A stretch of 64,000 bases of DNA from Myxococcales bacterium (GTDB taxonomy: Bacteria; Myxococcota_A; UBA9160; UBA4427). Where the stretch lies: positions 1,305 through 65,304 of the forward strand of contig JADFNE010000015.1 of NCBI GenBank assembly GCA_022563535.1, written 5' to 3'. This document shows, piece by piece, positions 19,313-30,421 of the stretch. The translations under genes and the position numbers were made by a program. The notes below the pieces were generated by a model. That model had not been told where the DNA came from and ran no database searches. It was given only the letters and a program-made list of their open reading frames with translations. Every line of letters begins with the position of its first letter. The stretch's first letter is position 1.

Positions 19313-19673
19313 CGGGTTCGATCTCCAATGGTAAATTCGCTTGAGAAGTGTGCGCTGTGCTGGTGTTGGTGTCTGGTGGTGTTTCTCAGCCTGAAAGCCA
19401 AACCCAGCGACCGGGCGCGGCCAAGCATAAGCACAATCGGGTCGCGTCAACGGCCTCGGGCTCGAACCGGGCAACGAACTTGGGGGCTCAAGAATCTCAA
19501 GCATCCATCCGAATATTGAGATATACTGATGCAATGAAGGACCGCTCGCCGAAATGCTCGGATTTCGAGCGGAATGCAAGCGGCAAGTAGTTACGTAAAC
19601 TTACGATTTAATTTGACTATTTATCTATTTCGAATGCGACACAAAGAGTTCACCACCGGGCGGGAGAGATAGC

Positions 19674-22600
19674 ATGAGCGCAGACGACCGCACGGGTCTC
19701 CTCGAGTCGCAGCTTCGCAGCCGGATTCTCGTGATCGACGGGGCCATGGGGACCATGGTCCAGGGGTTCGGCCTCGGAGAAGCTGATTTCCGGGGCGAAC
19801 GCTTCAAGGATCACCACAAGGACGTCCAGGGGAACAACGAACTCCTGGTGTTTTCGCGACCGGACGTGATCGAGAAGATCCACAACGATTTTTTGGAGGC
19901 CGGAGCGGACATCATCGAGACCAACACGTTTGGCGCCAATTCGATCTCCCAGTCGGACTATGAATTCGACGACCTCGACACCCTGACCCGCGACCTCAAC
20001 CTCGCCGCAGCCCAGATCGCGCGCCGCGTTGCGGACGAATGGACTGCCAGAACGCCCGACAAGCCGCGCTTTGTTGCCGGAGCGATAGGGCCCACCAGCA
20101 ACACCCTTTCGCTCTCTCCGAAAGTCGAAGACGCGGCGTTCCGCAACCTCAGTTTCGACGAGCTCGAAGAGACTTACGTGACCCAGACTCGCGCATTGAT
20201 CGAAGGCGGCGTCGACATCATCCTGATCGAGACCATCTTCGACACCTTGAACGCCAAAGCGGCACTGGTCGCAGTGCAGAATGTTTTCGAAGAGGTCGAC
20301 GTTCGCCTTCCCATCATGATCTCGGTGGCGATCACCGACGCAAGTGGTCGCACGCTTTCGGGTCAGACCGTCGAGGCGTTCTGGCGCTCGGTGGCTCACG
20401 CTGAACCTCTCTCGATCGGCGTCAACTGCTCCCTCGGCGCCACTGACATGCGGCCACACGTCGCTGAGCTCGCCCAAATCGCAAATACCCGGGTATCCTC
20501 GTATCCGAACGCCGGACTTCCCAACGCGTTCGGCGAGTACGACGAAGCACCGGAGCTGACCGGCGAATTATTGGGAGAGTTTGCGACTTCGGGGCTGGTC
20601 AATATCGTTGGGGGGTGCTGCGGGACCACCCCCGACCATATCCGCGAAATTGCAAACGCCGTCGAAGGCGTCGCGCCCCGAGAGGTTCCCGATTTTTCCG
20701 GCGAGCTGGTGAGCCATTACAGCGGTCTCGAACCCCTGTCGATTCGTTCCGACGCAAACTTCCAGATGATCGGAGAGCGCACCAACGTCTCTGGATCGGC
20801 GAAATTCCGCAATCTCATCAAATCGGGCGACATGATCAGTGCCGTCGATGTCGCGATGGAGCAGGTGCGCGGAGGCGCGAACCTGCTCGACGTCAACATG
20901 GACGAAGCACTTCTCGATTCAGAAGCGTGCATCACCGAGTTCTTGAATTTGATCGCCACCGAGCCAGAAATCACGCGCATTCCGGTGGTGATCGACAGCT
21001 CGAAGTGGTCGGTCTTGCTCGCGGGCATGAAGTGCGTCCAGGGCAAGGGCATCGTCAACTCCATCTCGCTCAAGGAAGGCGAAGAGGTCTTCCTCGAGCA
21101 CGCACGCACGATCCGACGCTACGGGTTCGGCGTGGTCGTGATGGCCTTCGACGAGGTCGGGCAAGCGGATACGACCGAGCGAAAGGTCGATATCTGCACC
21201 CGGGCCTACAAGCTCTTGACCGAGACGGCCAACTTCCCGGCAGAAGACATCATCTTCGATCCCAACATTCTCCCGGTGGCGACCGGCATCGAAGAACACA
21301 ATCGCTACGCACTCAACTTCATCGAAGCTGCGAAGCAGATACGCGAAGCCTGCCCGGGCGTGCATGTAAGCGGCGGCGTTTCAAATCTATCCTTCTCATT
21401 CCGCGGCAACAACGGGGTGCGGGAAGCCATGCACTCGGTCTTTCTCTACCACGCGATCGCGGCGGGGATGGACATGGGCATCGTCAACGCGGGGCAACTC
21501 GAGGTCTACGAAGACATCCCGAAGGACCTGCTCGAGAAAGTCGAGAACGTGATTCTCAACCGCTGCGAGACGGCCACCGATGATCTTCTCGAATTCGCAG
21601 AATCGGTAAAGAGAGGCGGCAAGAAGCGTGTCGTCGATCACAGCTGGCGCGAAGCCAGCGTTGGGGAGCGGCTCTCTCACGCTCTCGTGCACGGCATCGT
21701 CGATTTCATCGAAGAGGATACCGAAGAGGCGCGAGTTGCCGCAGAGCGCCCGCTTCACGTGATCGAGGGCCCCTTGATGGACGGCATGAGTATCGTGGGC
21801 GAACTCTTCGGTGCGGGAAAGATGTTCCTGCCCCAGGTGGTAAAGAGTGCCCGGGCGATGAAGCGTGCCGTCGCGCACCTCGAACCCTTCATGGAGGCAG
21901 AGAAGGTCGGCACCAGCAGTCAGGGCAAGATCGTCATGGCCACAGTCAAGGGCGACGTGCACGATATTGGCAAGAACATTGTCGGTGTCGTGCTCGGTTG
22001 CAACAACTACGAGATCGTGGATCTCGGGGTGATGGTGCCCGCGGACAAAATTCTCCAGACCGCGATCGATGTCGAAGCGGACATGATCGGACTGTCGGGC
22101 TTGATCACACCCTCGCTGGATGAAATGGTTTCGGTCGCAAAGGAAATGTCCCGGCGCAATTTTGAAATCCCGCTGTTGATCGGCGGCGCCACTACGAGTC
22201 GTGTGCATACGGCGGTCAAGATCGCTCCGACCTTTGATCAGCCGACGATACACGTGCGCGACGCATCGAAAGCCGTAGGAATAGTCGCGAGCCTGCTCGA
22301 TCCGAAGAAACGGGTTGAGTGCGACCGCGCCAATCGCGAGGTGCAGCAGAAGCTGCGCGATCTCCATGAGGCGCGGCAGGAAAAACCACTCCGCTCGTAT
22401 CGCGCTGCGCGCGAGAACCGCCCCACGGTGGAGTTTGGCGACGGCGAGGTTGCGCGACCGGAATTCCTCGGCCGCAGGGTGCTTATGGACTTCGATCTCG
22501 AAGAAATCGTCCCCTATATCGACTGGACGTTCTTCTTCAGTGCGTGGGAGCTCAAGGGGCGATACCCGAAGATCCTCGAGCACCCGGAGATGGGCGAGGC

Positions 22601-23375
22601 GGCTCGAGATCTGTTCGCCAACGGACAATCGCTGCTCGCGCAAATCGTCGAACAAAAGCAACTCACCGCCCAGGCGGTCTACGGCTTCTGGCCCGCAAAC
22701 AGTGATGGTGACGACATCGTCCTCTACCGAGACGACAGTCGCAGTGACGAATTGCTTCGCTTCCCGATGCTTCGCCAGCAAGAAGAACTTGCCAAGGGCA
22801 TGTTCAATCGATCACTCGCGGACTACATCGCACCCAAAGAATCGGGAGTCGAAGACTACATCGGCGCGTTTGCCGTCACCACGGGTCTGGGTGCCACCAA
22901 GCTCACAGACGACTTCAAGAGCGAGCACGACGACTACAACGCCATCATGGTGCAGTCCCTGGCGGACCGGCTCGCCGAAGCCTTCGCCGAGTACCTCCAC
23001 GCCCGTGCGCGAAAAGAATGGGGGATCGCCCCGGCGGCGGGGGAAAGCATGGACGACCTGATCGAGGAGCGATATCGGGGGATTCGCCCGGCGTTCGGCT
23101 ATCCCGCGTGCCCGGATCACAGCTTGAAGAACAGTCTCTTCGAACTTCTTTCAGCCGAAGAAGTCGGCATGGAGTTGACCGAGAGCTGCGCGGTCAGCCC
23201 AGCAGCCAGCGTAAGTGGACTCTATTTCGGTAATCCGGCCGCGAAGTACTTTACGGTTGGCAGACTGGATCGCGACCAGGTCAGAAATTACGCGAGCCGA
23301 CAGAAGACGAACTTGAAAGAAGTCGAAAAGTGGCTCGCCCCATACCTGACCTACGACTCCGAAGAATCCGCGTAA
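19674..23375 (+). CDS. metH: Cobalamin-dependent methionine synthase
   Basis: 1233 aa with all four modules: Hcy-binding N-terminus, pterin-binding, B12-binding DxHxxG ([11 protein letters not shown]) and a C-terminal AdoMet reactivation domain. Confidence 0.95.
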   Translation: MSADDRTGLLESQLRSRILVIDGAMGTMVQGFGLGEADFRGERFKDHHKDVQGNNELLVFSRPDVIEKIHNDFLEAGADIIETNTFGANSISQSDYEFDDLDTLTRDLNLAAAQIARRVADEWTARTPDKPRFVAGAIGPTSNTLSLSPKVEDAAFRNLSFDELEETYVTQTRALIEGGVDIILIETIFDTLNAKAALVAVQNVFEEVDVRLPIMISVAITDASGRTLSGQTVEAFWRSVAHAEPLSIGVNCSLGATDMRPHVAELAQIANTRVSSYPNAGLPNAFGEYDEAPELTGELLGEFATSGLVNIVGGCCGTTPDHIREIANAVEGVAPREVPDFSGELVSHYSGLEPLSIRSDANFQMIGERTNVSGSAKFRNLIKSGDMISAVDVAMEQVRGGANLLDVNMDEALLDSEACITEFLNLIATEPEITRIPVVIDSSKWSVLLAGMKCVQGKGIVNSISLKEGEEVFLEHARTIRRYGFGVVVMAFDEVGQADTTERKVDICTRAYKLLTETANFPAEDIIFDPNILPVATGIEEHNRYALNFIEAAKQIREACPGVHVSGGVSNLSFSFRGNNGVREAMHSVFLYHAIAAGMDMGIVNAGQLEVYEDIPKDLLEKVENVILNRCETATDDLLEFAESVKRGGKKRVVDHSWREASVGERLSHALVHGIVDFIEEDTEEARVAAERPLHVIEGPLMDGMSIVGELFGAGKMFLPQVVKSARAMKRAVAHLEPFMEAEKVGTSSQGKIVMATVKGDVHDIGKNIVGVVLGCNNYEIVDLGVMVPADKILQTAIDVEADMIGLSGLITPSLDEMVSVAKEMSRRNFEIPLLIGGATTSRVHTAVKIAPTFDQPTIHVRDASKAVGIVASLLDPKKRVECDRANREVQQKLRDLHEARQEKPLRSYRAARENRPTVEFGDGEVARPEFLGRRVLMDFDLEEIVPYIDWTFFFSAWELKGRYPKILEHPEMGEAARDLFANGQSLLAQIVEQKQLTAQAVYGFWPANSDGDDIVLYRDDSRSDELLRFPMLRQQEELAKGMFNRSLADYIAPKESGVEDYIGAFAVTTGLGATKLTDDFKSEHDDYNAIMVQSLADRLAEAFAEYLHARARKEWGIAPAAGESMDDLIEERYRGIRPAFGYPACPDHSLKNSLFELLSAEEVGMELTESCAVSPAASVSGLYFGNPAAKYFTVGRLDRDQVRNYASRQKTNLKEVEKWLAPYLTYDSEESA

Positions 23376-23393
23376 TCACGGCTTTGGAACCGC

Positions 23394-25322
23394 TCAGAGC
23401 GTAATTTCGACGCCCGGCTCATCCAAGAACGACTGCATCCAGAGCTCGAGATTGATCAACGCGTAGATGAGATACGCATGGTCCCTGGATCCGGTCGCGT
23501 TCTCTTTGAGAATGCGCTGCACCTGGTCCGACTTGAAGATGCCACGGCTCTTGACCTGTGCGGGGCCCAGGTAAAACTGAATGACTTCGTTCAGATCGTC
23601 CTGAATCCAGGTGCGGAGTGGCGCGCCAAAGCCAGCCTTCTTGCGGTGAATCAACTCCCGAGGCAAGTATCGCCCCATGGCGTTCTTGAGCACGCTCTTG
23701 GTCACGTTGCCCTTCAGCTTGTAGCGCTCGGGGATTCGCGCGCTCAATCGCATCAACTCGACATCCATGAATGGAACCCGCGTCTCGAGCCCTACTGCCA
23801 TGCTCGACTTGTCGGTGTAAAGAAAGTTGTGTGCCGCGAGGAAGGTTTGAATCAAGAGGTGCGAATGCAAATTCAATTCGCCCGAGCCACGAAAATCGTC
23901 GTAGTACCGACGCATGCAGTCCGAGCTGTCCCAGGAATGCATGGAATAGTAGATCGCATCATCGAAGAGCCCCTCGCGAACCGCATGGCTCGACCAGTCC
24001 GAAACTTCGAGGTGGCGCTCGAGCCCCCGCCGCATCAGACCTCGGCGAAACTTCGCAATGCGCCGGGCATAGCGGTTCTGCGCGCCCAACAAAGCGCCGC
24101 TCAACCGAACACCGGCCGAGATCATCGAAGACATGGGGAACCGTGACATCCAGGCAAAGCGTTCATAGAGTCGGTAGGCCTGGTGGCTCCGATAGCCAAA
24201 GAAAACTTCGTCTCCGCCGGTACCGGACAGCAACACGGTCGTACCGTCCTCACGAGCGAGCTTCGCGATCAGGTAGGAAGGAAACACCGCCGGATCTGCA
24301 TCCGGTTCGTCCAGGTGGTACACCAACTTGGGTAACAAGGTGATGACATCCGGACGCAACATGACGCTCTTGAGCCGCACACCCAGCTCCTTGGCGACCC
24401 GACGCGCATAGGGGTAGTCGTCTACACCCTGCTCCTTGGCCATGGCGCCCCGTTCGAAGCGAACCGTGTAGGCGTTGATCTCTCGATCGGGAAATACATT
24501 GCGCATGCACGCCACAATGCTCGACGAATCGAGCCCATCCGAAAGAAACGCGCCGAGAGGGACGTCTGACACCATTTGGCGCTTGGTCGTCCGCATGAAG
24601 GTTTCGTGTACCGCCTCGGTCCACTCCGATTCACTCAGACTTTCGTCCGGTTCATACTCGATCTCGAACCAGCGTCGCGTTTCGAAGCGTCCGTCCTGCC
24701 AGATCGCGTAATGGCCCGGCTCGAGCTTCTTGACTCCAGCGAGCAGCGTGTTTTCGCCCGGCACCCATAAGAAAGTCAGATAGTCGGGAATACTCGGGGT
24801 ATGGAGTTCACGGGGAGCACCCGGCACCTTGAGCAGTGCTTTGATCTCGGAGGCGAAGTAAAGCTTGCGACCATCCTGCCTGTAGTAGAGAGGTTTGACC
24901 CCCGCGTGGTCCCGAACCAGAAGCAGACGTCGCTTCGTGCTGTCCCATAACGCAAAGGCGAAGATGCCGTTGAGCTCATTGAGAAAATCGAGCCCCATGG
25001 TTTCGTACAGAGCGATGACGACTTCTGTATCGGTCTGGTTGCGAAACTCATACCCCTTCGACAGCAACCGCTCGCGATGTTCGGGGTAGTTGTAGAGTTC
25101 GCCGTTGTAAGTAATCCAGATCGTACCCTGGGCGTTGGACATGGGCTGCCGCCCCGCAGCTGTCAGATCGATGATCGATAGACGCCGGTGCCCCAGACCT
25201 ATCTCACCCTCGGCATCGCACCATGTGCCAGAATCGTCTGGTCCTCGGTGAATCATCGCGTCGGTCATCGGGCCGAGTAGCTCTGGCCGGTGTAGACCCG
25301 CATATCCCGCAATTCCGCACAT
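23394..25322 (-). CDS. asnB: Asparagine synthase (glutamine-hydrolysing)
   Basis: 642 aa. Ntn nucleophile MCGIAG, and a PP-loop-like LSDGLDSS in the synthetase domain. Confidence 0.85.
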   Translation of the reverse strand: MCGIAGYAGLHRPELLGPMTDAMIHRGPDDSGTWCDAEGEIGLGHRRLSIIDLTAAGRQPMSNAQGTIWITYNGELYNYPEHRERLLSKGYEFRNQTDTEVVIALYETMGLDFLNELNGIFAFALWDSTKRRLLLVRDHAGVKPLYYRQDGRKLYFASEIKALLKVPGAPRELHTPSIPDYLTFLWVPGENTLLAGVKKLEPGHYAIWQDGRFETRRWFEIEYEPDESLSESEWTEAVHETFMRTTKRQMVSDVPLGAFLSDGLDSSSIVACMRNVFPDREINAYTVRFERGAMAKEQGVDDYPYARRVAKELGVRLKSVMLRPDVITLLPKLVYHLDEPDADPAVFPSYLIAKLAREDGTTVLLSGTGGDEVFFGYRSHQAYRLYERFAWMSRFPMSSMISAGVRLSGALLGAQNRYARRIAKFRRGLMRRGLERHLEVSDWSSHAVREGLFDDAIYYSMHSWDSSDCMRRYYDDFRGSGELNLHSHLLIQTFLAAHNFLYTDKSSMAVGLETRVPFMDVELMRLSARIPERYKLKGNVTKSVLKNAMGRYLPRELIHRKKAGFGAPLRTWIQDDLNEVIQFYLGPAQVKSRGIFKSDQVQRILKENATGSRDHAYLIYALINLELWMQSFLDEPGVEITL

Positions 25323-25439
25323 CCTGGCTCAGGCTCCCAACGGATTCAGACATCGATCCCGGATTCGACGAAAGCCAAGCATAGCCCTTCGTGGGATCTA
25401 GAGAATCCCTGGACCATTCTCCAAGCTAGCTCCGGGGTG

Positions 25440-28013
25440 TTATCGTTGGAATCGACCCATTCCGTCGCGCAATCGGAGCGCCTGTTCGGTGAGTTTTTCG
25501 GTCGCTTTGCTCAGCAAACCGGCAGCGCGTTCATTCGCAACGCTGCGGCTCGACACTTCCTCCAGGAATCCCACGACCTGATTGCACGATTTCGACTGCT
25601 CCTTGAGCGACTCGTTGATCGATTCCATCTGGTCCTGCACCCCGCTTACGCTCACCCGAATCCGAGCCAGATCGCTGGCCTGTTCGGTCGTCGTGAGATG
25701 CAGTTGCTGGGAGACTTCGCGCATCGACTGGGTTGCCTCGAAGACCAGTTCATGGCCCTGTTCCTGTTCACTCGCGGCATGACCGATCGCCTGAACACCG
25801 CTGCGCACCCGTTCCATCAAACCGACCACATGCCCGGCCGCCTTGGTCTGCTCTCTGACCGACTCGACAATTTCACGGATTCGCAGACCGCTATCCCGAC
25901 TGAGGCGGGTGATCTCTTCGAGGGATTCTCCTGCTTCATTCGAGCGCGCTACGCCTTCGGCCACACTGCGGCTGCCGTCTTCCATGGCGTTGATCGCACT
26001 CTTGCTCTCCTCCTGCACCGAGTTGATCAACCCGCTGATCTCCTTGGTGCTGGTGAGCACGCGGTCTGCGACTTCCTTGATCTGGTCGGCAACAACGGAG
26101 AATGCGCGGCCGTGCTCCCCCGCCTGAGACGCGATGATGGCCGCATTCAAGGCCAGCAAATTTGTCTCGTCCGCCACACTGTCGATCACGTCGAGAATCC
26201 CGCCAATTTCCTGCGCCCTGGAGCCGAGGCTGAGGATCACACCCTGGGCAGTTTCGGTGGCAGTGCGAATCGACTCGATGCCCGCGATCGTGTCCCGCAC
26301 CTTCTCGAGGCCCATTTCGCTAGCCGCCACCACCTGCTCCGAGAGATCGGCAGTTGTGGCGGCGGTCGTATCTACGTGTCGCATGGCGCTGGCCATCTGC
26401 TCCATGCTCGATGATGTGTCGTCAGCCGCCTGTTCCAAGGTGGCGGTTTCCAGTCTCACTTTGCGCACGCTGCCAACAATCTGCTCTGCGCTTGTGGAGA
26501 CATCCTCGATGCGAGCCGACAGAGAACCCGCGGTCGCGTTGAGTTCATCTCCCGACGCGCCCAATTCGAGAATCGAATGCGTGGACGCTTCCACCAGAAG
26601 ACGCAGCCCGTCGGACGCGGTCGCAATTCCAGACACACGGGATTCGATGGCCTCCATGGCTGCAACTACGAGTTTGACATCTCGTCCCTGTCCCGTCGCA
26701 ACTTCTCGGAGTTCCTCCGAGATCTCCGAGATTGTGCCGGTCGCCTCGTCGACACCATCCGCCGTCTCCGCGACCTCGCCGACTGACATCCGCAGCGAGT
26801 TCGCCATGGTGTCGAAGGCCCGGGCGAGTGTTCCGAGTTCATCCTCGGACTCGAGAACGTCCATGCGCCGCAGATCACCCGAAGCCATGCGATCGGCCGC
26901 GCGCCTGAGTTGCTGGGTGGCACCCCCTAGATCCTGTGCAACGAGCCAGCCGACCCCGACAGCCAGGCCCAGACACGCCATCAGCAGAACCGCGAACACC
27001 GCCCCGAGATCATGCTCATCTCCCACCAGTTGCGCGCGCGGACTCGCGACCACGATGACGTGCCGTGGCTCGAAACTCTCTTGCCAGACAAACAGATTCT
27101 CTGCCCGGAGCTGGTTTCCGGCGCCCCTCGACTGATCCGATTCACGAATGAGTCTGCGCTGTTTATCGGTCAGCCGATTCGAATTTCCGAACAGCGTCGA
27201 ACCCGTCTCACGATCGATGAGCAGGATCGAAGCGCTGATGGCGCGGGCAACCTCATGCTCATCCAACCCGCCAAGTCCCTCGTCGCCGAATTCGCGATGC
27301 ACAATGATGGCGCTCGCCAGGACTTGTCGCTGCAGTGAATGAACAAATTCTTCCAGGGGAATTGTCGAACGGGTGTGGCTCACCAGGGCGACCAGAATGA
27401 CGGGAACCAGGGTGCATGCCGAGATCAGCACCTGAAGCTTGGTCACCAGCGATACTGGACGGGTTAACTCCGAGCGTTCGCGGGGATCTTCAACCGCAAG
27501 CGTCAACGCGGCCCGCAGCGGTCCAAGCCAGCGCTTGAGCACGAAACCTTCGATGATCGACGAGAGGCCCGCGCAGGACAGGATCGCCGCGAGCATCAGC
27601 AGCGCGTAATAGAGCTCGAAATCGTCGACGAACGCGAGAATACTGAGCACCGAAAGAACCGCGGGAGTGACGAGAGAAAAGAATCCGAGGGACAAGATCC
27701 GACCCGGCAGATTGACGACCGTCTGGAAAGCGTCGCGTTGTACATCGAGGGTCGCGACGTCCCTGCTTTCTTTGTCCAGCCAGAACATGATGGGTGCGAC
27801 GGTTCGCCGATAAATCCACGCGGCAATCGGCACCGAGGGCACAAAAACCATCGCCACGATCAACCCGAGACTCTTCATTTGCTCTGCCGGCATGCGCAAC
27901 AGCAAGACCAGGTAGATTGCCACGAATAGCGCTGAGATGATTCCACAAGCGCTCACGATCGTGATGAAGCGGGACCAAAATTCGCCGCCGGACGGTAGCC
28001 GCTGATTCTCCAA
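25440..28013 (-). CDS. Methyl-accepting chemotaxis protein with multi-TM N-terminal sensor module and HAMP domain
   Basis: 857 aa: about five N-terminal TM helices, a roughly 150-aa loop domain, a sixth TM, HAMP (DELGTLARAFDTMANSL) and the MCP signalling hairpin core NLLALNAAIIASQAGEHGRAFSVVADQIKEVA. The ORF-track start is a TTG, so the true start is uncertain. Confidence 0.8.
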   Translation of the reverse strand: MENQRLPSGGEFWSRFITIVSACGIISALFVAIYLVLLLRMPAEQMKSLGLIVAMVFVPSVPIAAWIYRRTVAPIMFWLDKESRDVATLDVQRDAFQTVVNLPGRILSLGFFSLVTPAVLSVLSILAFVDDFELYYALLMLAAILSCAGLSSIIEGFVLKRWLGPLRAALTLAVEDPRERSELTRPVSLVTKLQVLISACTLVPVILVALVSHTRSTIPLEEFVHSLQRQVLASAIIVHREFGDEGLGGLDEHEVARAISASILLIDRETGSTLFGNSNRLTDKQRRLIRESDQSRGAGNQLRAENLFVWQESFEPRHVIVVASPRAQLVGDEHDLGAVFAVLLMACLGLAVGVGWLVAQDLGGATQQLRRAADRMASGDLRRMDVLESEDELGTLARAFDTMANSLRMSVGEVAETADGVDEATGTISEISEELREVATGQGRDVKLVVAAMEAIESRVSGIATASDGLRLLVEASTHSILELGASGDELNATAGSLSARIEDVSTSAEQIVGSVRKVRLETATLEQAADDTSSSMEQMASAMRHVDTTAATTADLSEQVVAASEMGLEKVRDTIAGIESIRTATETAQGVILSLGSRAQEIGGILDVIDSVADETNLLALNAAIIASQAGEHGRAFSVVADQIKEVADRVLTSTKEISGLINSVQEESKSAINAMEDGSRSVAEGVARSNEAGESLEEITRLSRDSGLRIREIVESVREQTKAAGHVVGLMERVRSGVQAIGHAASEQEQGHELVFEATQSMREVSQQLHLTTTEQASDLARIRVSVSGVQDQMESINESLKEQSKSCNQVVGFLEEVSSRSVANERAAGLLSKATEKLTEQALRLRDGMGRFQR

Positions 28014-28372
28014 AGCTCTCTCCCCCTACCACCAACGGTGCTGGGCCGGTAAACCGATCGAACTGCGGAGCCCGTCAGCATGAAATCGGGCTCGCACTAC
28101 AGGGTTTGCGCGAGGCAATCCTCGCAATTCCCTATCGGCAAAATGGGTGCAACCCTTCAATCTCTATTGGGCATTTCAGCGGATCGCGATCGAAGCCCAA
28201 GCGGCGTCAGAACGGCTTTTGAGTTGCAATTGTGATTGAAAGAATCACGAATCACGCAATGGCGCGGGCATAAGTGGGCGAGATTGCGATAGATTCTAGC
28301 TGCTGCAGCCCGGGGCTCCGCTATGTCTGCAGTATCCGGAGATATGCTGCGATCGTAGGGGGGAAGGTGTAC

Positions 28373-29590
28373 ATGGGAGCCGAGAACAGCGCAGGCGCCA
28401 TTTTGGGTGCAGTCGATGAATCGGGGAAAGCAAGGGAAGACAACGTCGTGACCCGGGTCGCGCGCACGATGAACAGCCTGCGCGCACGACTCGCGGCGAT
28501 CGAATCCGGCAAGGACGCCAAACCGGACTGGATCCACCTGCAAGCCGATTGTCGCCTGGACCGGCTCCGCAGCGACGAACTCGAAGAAATTCTGAGCCGT
28601 CTGCATCGCTGCGTGCTGCGGGGTTTCCGGGCCAACAACGTAGAAATCAGCAAGCGCAAGGATCGGAGAAAGTACTGGACCACGGTGGCCCAACACGGCT
28701 TTCACGACTTCTCCGAACTCAGCTGGAAGAAGTGCTACGACTCGCCCTTCGTCGAGAACTACGACTACATCACGCCCTACCTCAAGGGCGGCATCGATGC
28801 ACTCGACCCCTATCGGGTCTATTCGGCAGTTCTGGGCACCCACGACTACGGTGTCGAAGACTTTATCACCTCGAATCTCTGTCGGGGGGTCGATACGATC
28901 ATCGAACCGATGTCGGGCACGGCCGAATTCTGTTACCAGGGCCACTTTCGCTACCCGGACTTTCGCTACCTCATGATCGATCTCGACGAAGAGGCAAAAC
29001 AGCACGTCGAAGCAATGCCCTGGCTCGAGGGGACCGAACGGCAATACGTGATCGCGGACGTCCTCAACGAGGAGATCTGGCAGCACGCCAAGAGCTTCAC
29101 GGCAAACCGTTCGCTGAGCTACATCGGCAAGCAGAGCCATCACCTGTTCAGCGCCAAGCAGCTGTACCGGATACTCGACATCGCCACTCGCTACGTCGAC
29201 TACTTCATGCTCGAAACACCACAGGTGGCCCTGCCCTCAGACATGGATGAGGTCGACGAAATGACCCGGCCCGAAATGGAAGACGCGGGCTTCGAGGTCG
29301 ATCTGATCGACGAACACAGAGGTGCACCCAACCCGTTCACCAACTTGATGTCATTTCGTCTCGAGGCCTCGAACGCTCGCCGCAGGCGCACGCTTTTCGA
29401 GTATCACGACTGGACGGTGTGGTCCCAGCCCACGCTGGTGGCGATGGCCAGGATGCTCGACATCAACGTCGTCTACTTCCACCCGGATTACGAGCAGTTC
29501 ATGGACGTGGATAATGCAGAGGAAGTCGAAGGCAGCGACTGCTTGGACAACGTCACCTTCATGCTGTTTACGCGGCATCCGGTGAACTGA
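28373..29590 (+). CDS. Hypothetical protein, possible class I SAM-dependent methyltransferase fold
   Basis: Strong GC3 bias in this frame. ATG 28373 is preceded by GGGGGGAAGG. Has a motif-I-like DTIIEPMSGTAEF followed by an acidic beta-2 end (YLMIDLDEE) and VIADVL. I recognise no family-specific signature. Aromatic-rich. Confidence 0.5.
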   Translation: MGAENSAGAILGAVDESGKAREDNVVTRVARTMNSLRARLAAIESGKDAKPDWIHLQADCRLDRLRSDELEEILSRLHRCVLRGFRANNVEISKRKDRRKYWTTVAQHGFHDFSELSWKKCYDSPFVENYDYITPYLKGGIDALDPYRVYSAVLGTHDYGVEDFITSNLCRGVDTIIEPMSGTAEFCYQGHFRYPDFRYLMIDLDEEAKQHVEAMPWLEGTERQYVIADVLNEEIWQHAKSFTANRSLSYIGKQSHHLFSAKQLYRILDIATRYVDYFMLETPQVALPSDMDEVDEMTRPEMEDAGFEVDLIDEHRGAPNPFTNLMSFRLEASNARRRRTLFEYHDWTVWSQPTLVAMARMLDINVVYFHPDYEQFMDVDNAEEVEGSDCLDNVTFMLFTRHPVN

Positions 29591-29626
29591 CAAGCTCGCT
29601 GGAGAGCCCCCCGCAGCCCGCCTGTT

Positions 29627-30181
29627 TCAGGCTGCGAGAGCGGTGCAGAGAAGCTTCGATTCGATCATCAGGTAGATCTGCATTGGAAGAACGTCGTCCC
29701 CCGCTGCAACCAGAATGCTGACGGTGACGACTGCGGTATCCGAGGGAGCGTGGGTGCCGAAGAGAATCAACGGGACCGAGTTCTCACAGAGTTCTGCGGA
29801 CCCGGGCTTCACTTCTTGACCCAGTCCAGCCCCAATTTCACGTACCAGGTTGGACTGCACGACCTTGCTCAAGCGCACGAAGGACGCGAGCAAATCTTCA
29901 TGTCCCGGATTCGAACGCACCCAGGTGAGCGCATCCTCGGGATCCATTGCGAGCAGCGCCGTACCACAAAAGCCGCCATCGAAGCGACCCATCACCCCCG
30001 CGACACATTCGCCGTCGAAGCACGCAACCCGGTCCGGCAACTCGGCCAACGTCGTGCAATGGATGCTGCGAACTTCGAGACCCGAATCGGCCGTGTGAAT
30101 TTCGCGCAGAGATTCTTGACCCGCTTCGGCACCGGAGCGCGCCCAGCGAGCAATCGAGTTCAGCTGATCTTCTGTGAGCAT
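29627..30181 (-). CDS. CheC/CheX-like domain protein (degenerate active-site motifs)
   Basis: The N-terminus MLTEDQLNSIARWARSGAEAGQESL parallels the CheC LTxxQLDALxExGNIGAGxAATAL helix, and a second copy is SNLVREIGAGLGQEV. The catalytic ExxN residues are not conserved. Start taken at ATG 30181 (TTG 30199 is possible). Confidence 0.45.
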   Translation of the reverse strand: MLTEDQLNSIARWARSGAEAGQESLREIHTADSGLEVRSIHCTTLAELPDRVACFDGECVAGVMGRFDGGFCGTALLAMDPEDALTWVRSNPGHEDLLASFVRLSKVVQSNLVREIGAGLGQEVKPGSAELCENSVPLILFGTHAPSDTAVVTVSILVAAGDDVLPMQIYLMIESKLLCTALAA

Positions 30182-30297
30182 GGAGGGGGGGGACTCCAAA
30201 GAGATTCGATGTGAGGTGTTGTTCAGGCCTTGAGGATGGCCAATCAGAGTGTTCTCCGACCGGCACGATTGAGCAATAAGTGTATCGACGGATACTC

Positions 30298-30322
30298 GAA
30301 AAATCGAAGGGAATTGCCCTCG
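30298..30322 (-). terminator. Putative rho-independent terminator downstream of the acyl-CoA dehydrogenase gene
   Basis: On the minus strand, CGAGGGCAATTCCCTTCG (6 bp with one bulge) is followed by TTTTT (A-run 30299-30303 on the plus strand). It sits about 100 nt after the ACAD stop in an AT-rich spacer. Confidence 0.4.
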
Positions 30323-30421
30323 AAATTTACCTGTTTTTTGTCATTTTCTTCATTTTTGGAACAACCCAGGGGCAGATTGCACGTATTTGATGCCCTTTTG
30401 CACACCGCTGAAGCGTGCCGC

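Noticed and set aside
19400-19480. tRNA-like T-arm (minus strand GGTTCGAGCCCGAGG, forward 19454-19468) in the htpG/metH spacer. I also looked for tRNA-Sec, because selD uses UGA-Sec.
   Set aside because: The T-stem has a mismatch. No complementary acceptor 5' strand, D-arm or anticodon arm can be placed at the correct distances. No TCA-anticodon loop with a proper stem was found here or in the 4.7-5.2 kb spacer.
19580-19673. Possible cobalamin/SAM/SAH riboswitch or defined promoter upstream of metH, and a sigma-32 promoter for htpG (CTTGAGATTCTTGAGCCCCCAAGT on the minus strand near 19480-19505).
   Set aside because: The metH leader is short and AT-rich, containing only a TTACGTAA palindrome and a TTGACT without a properly spaced -10. 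It has no room or conserved core for a riboswitch. The sigma-32-like -35/-10 elements are only 8-10 nt apart instead of 13-17.
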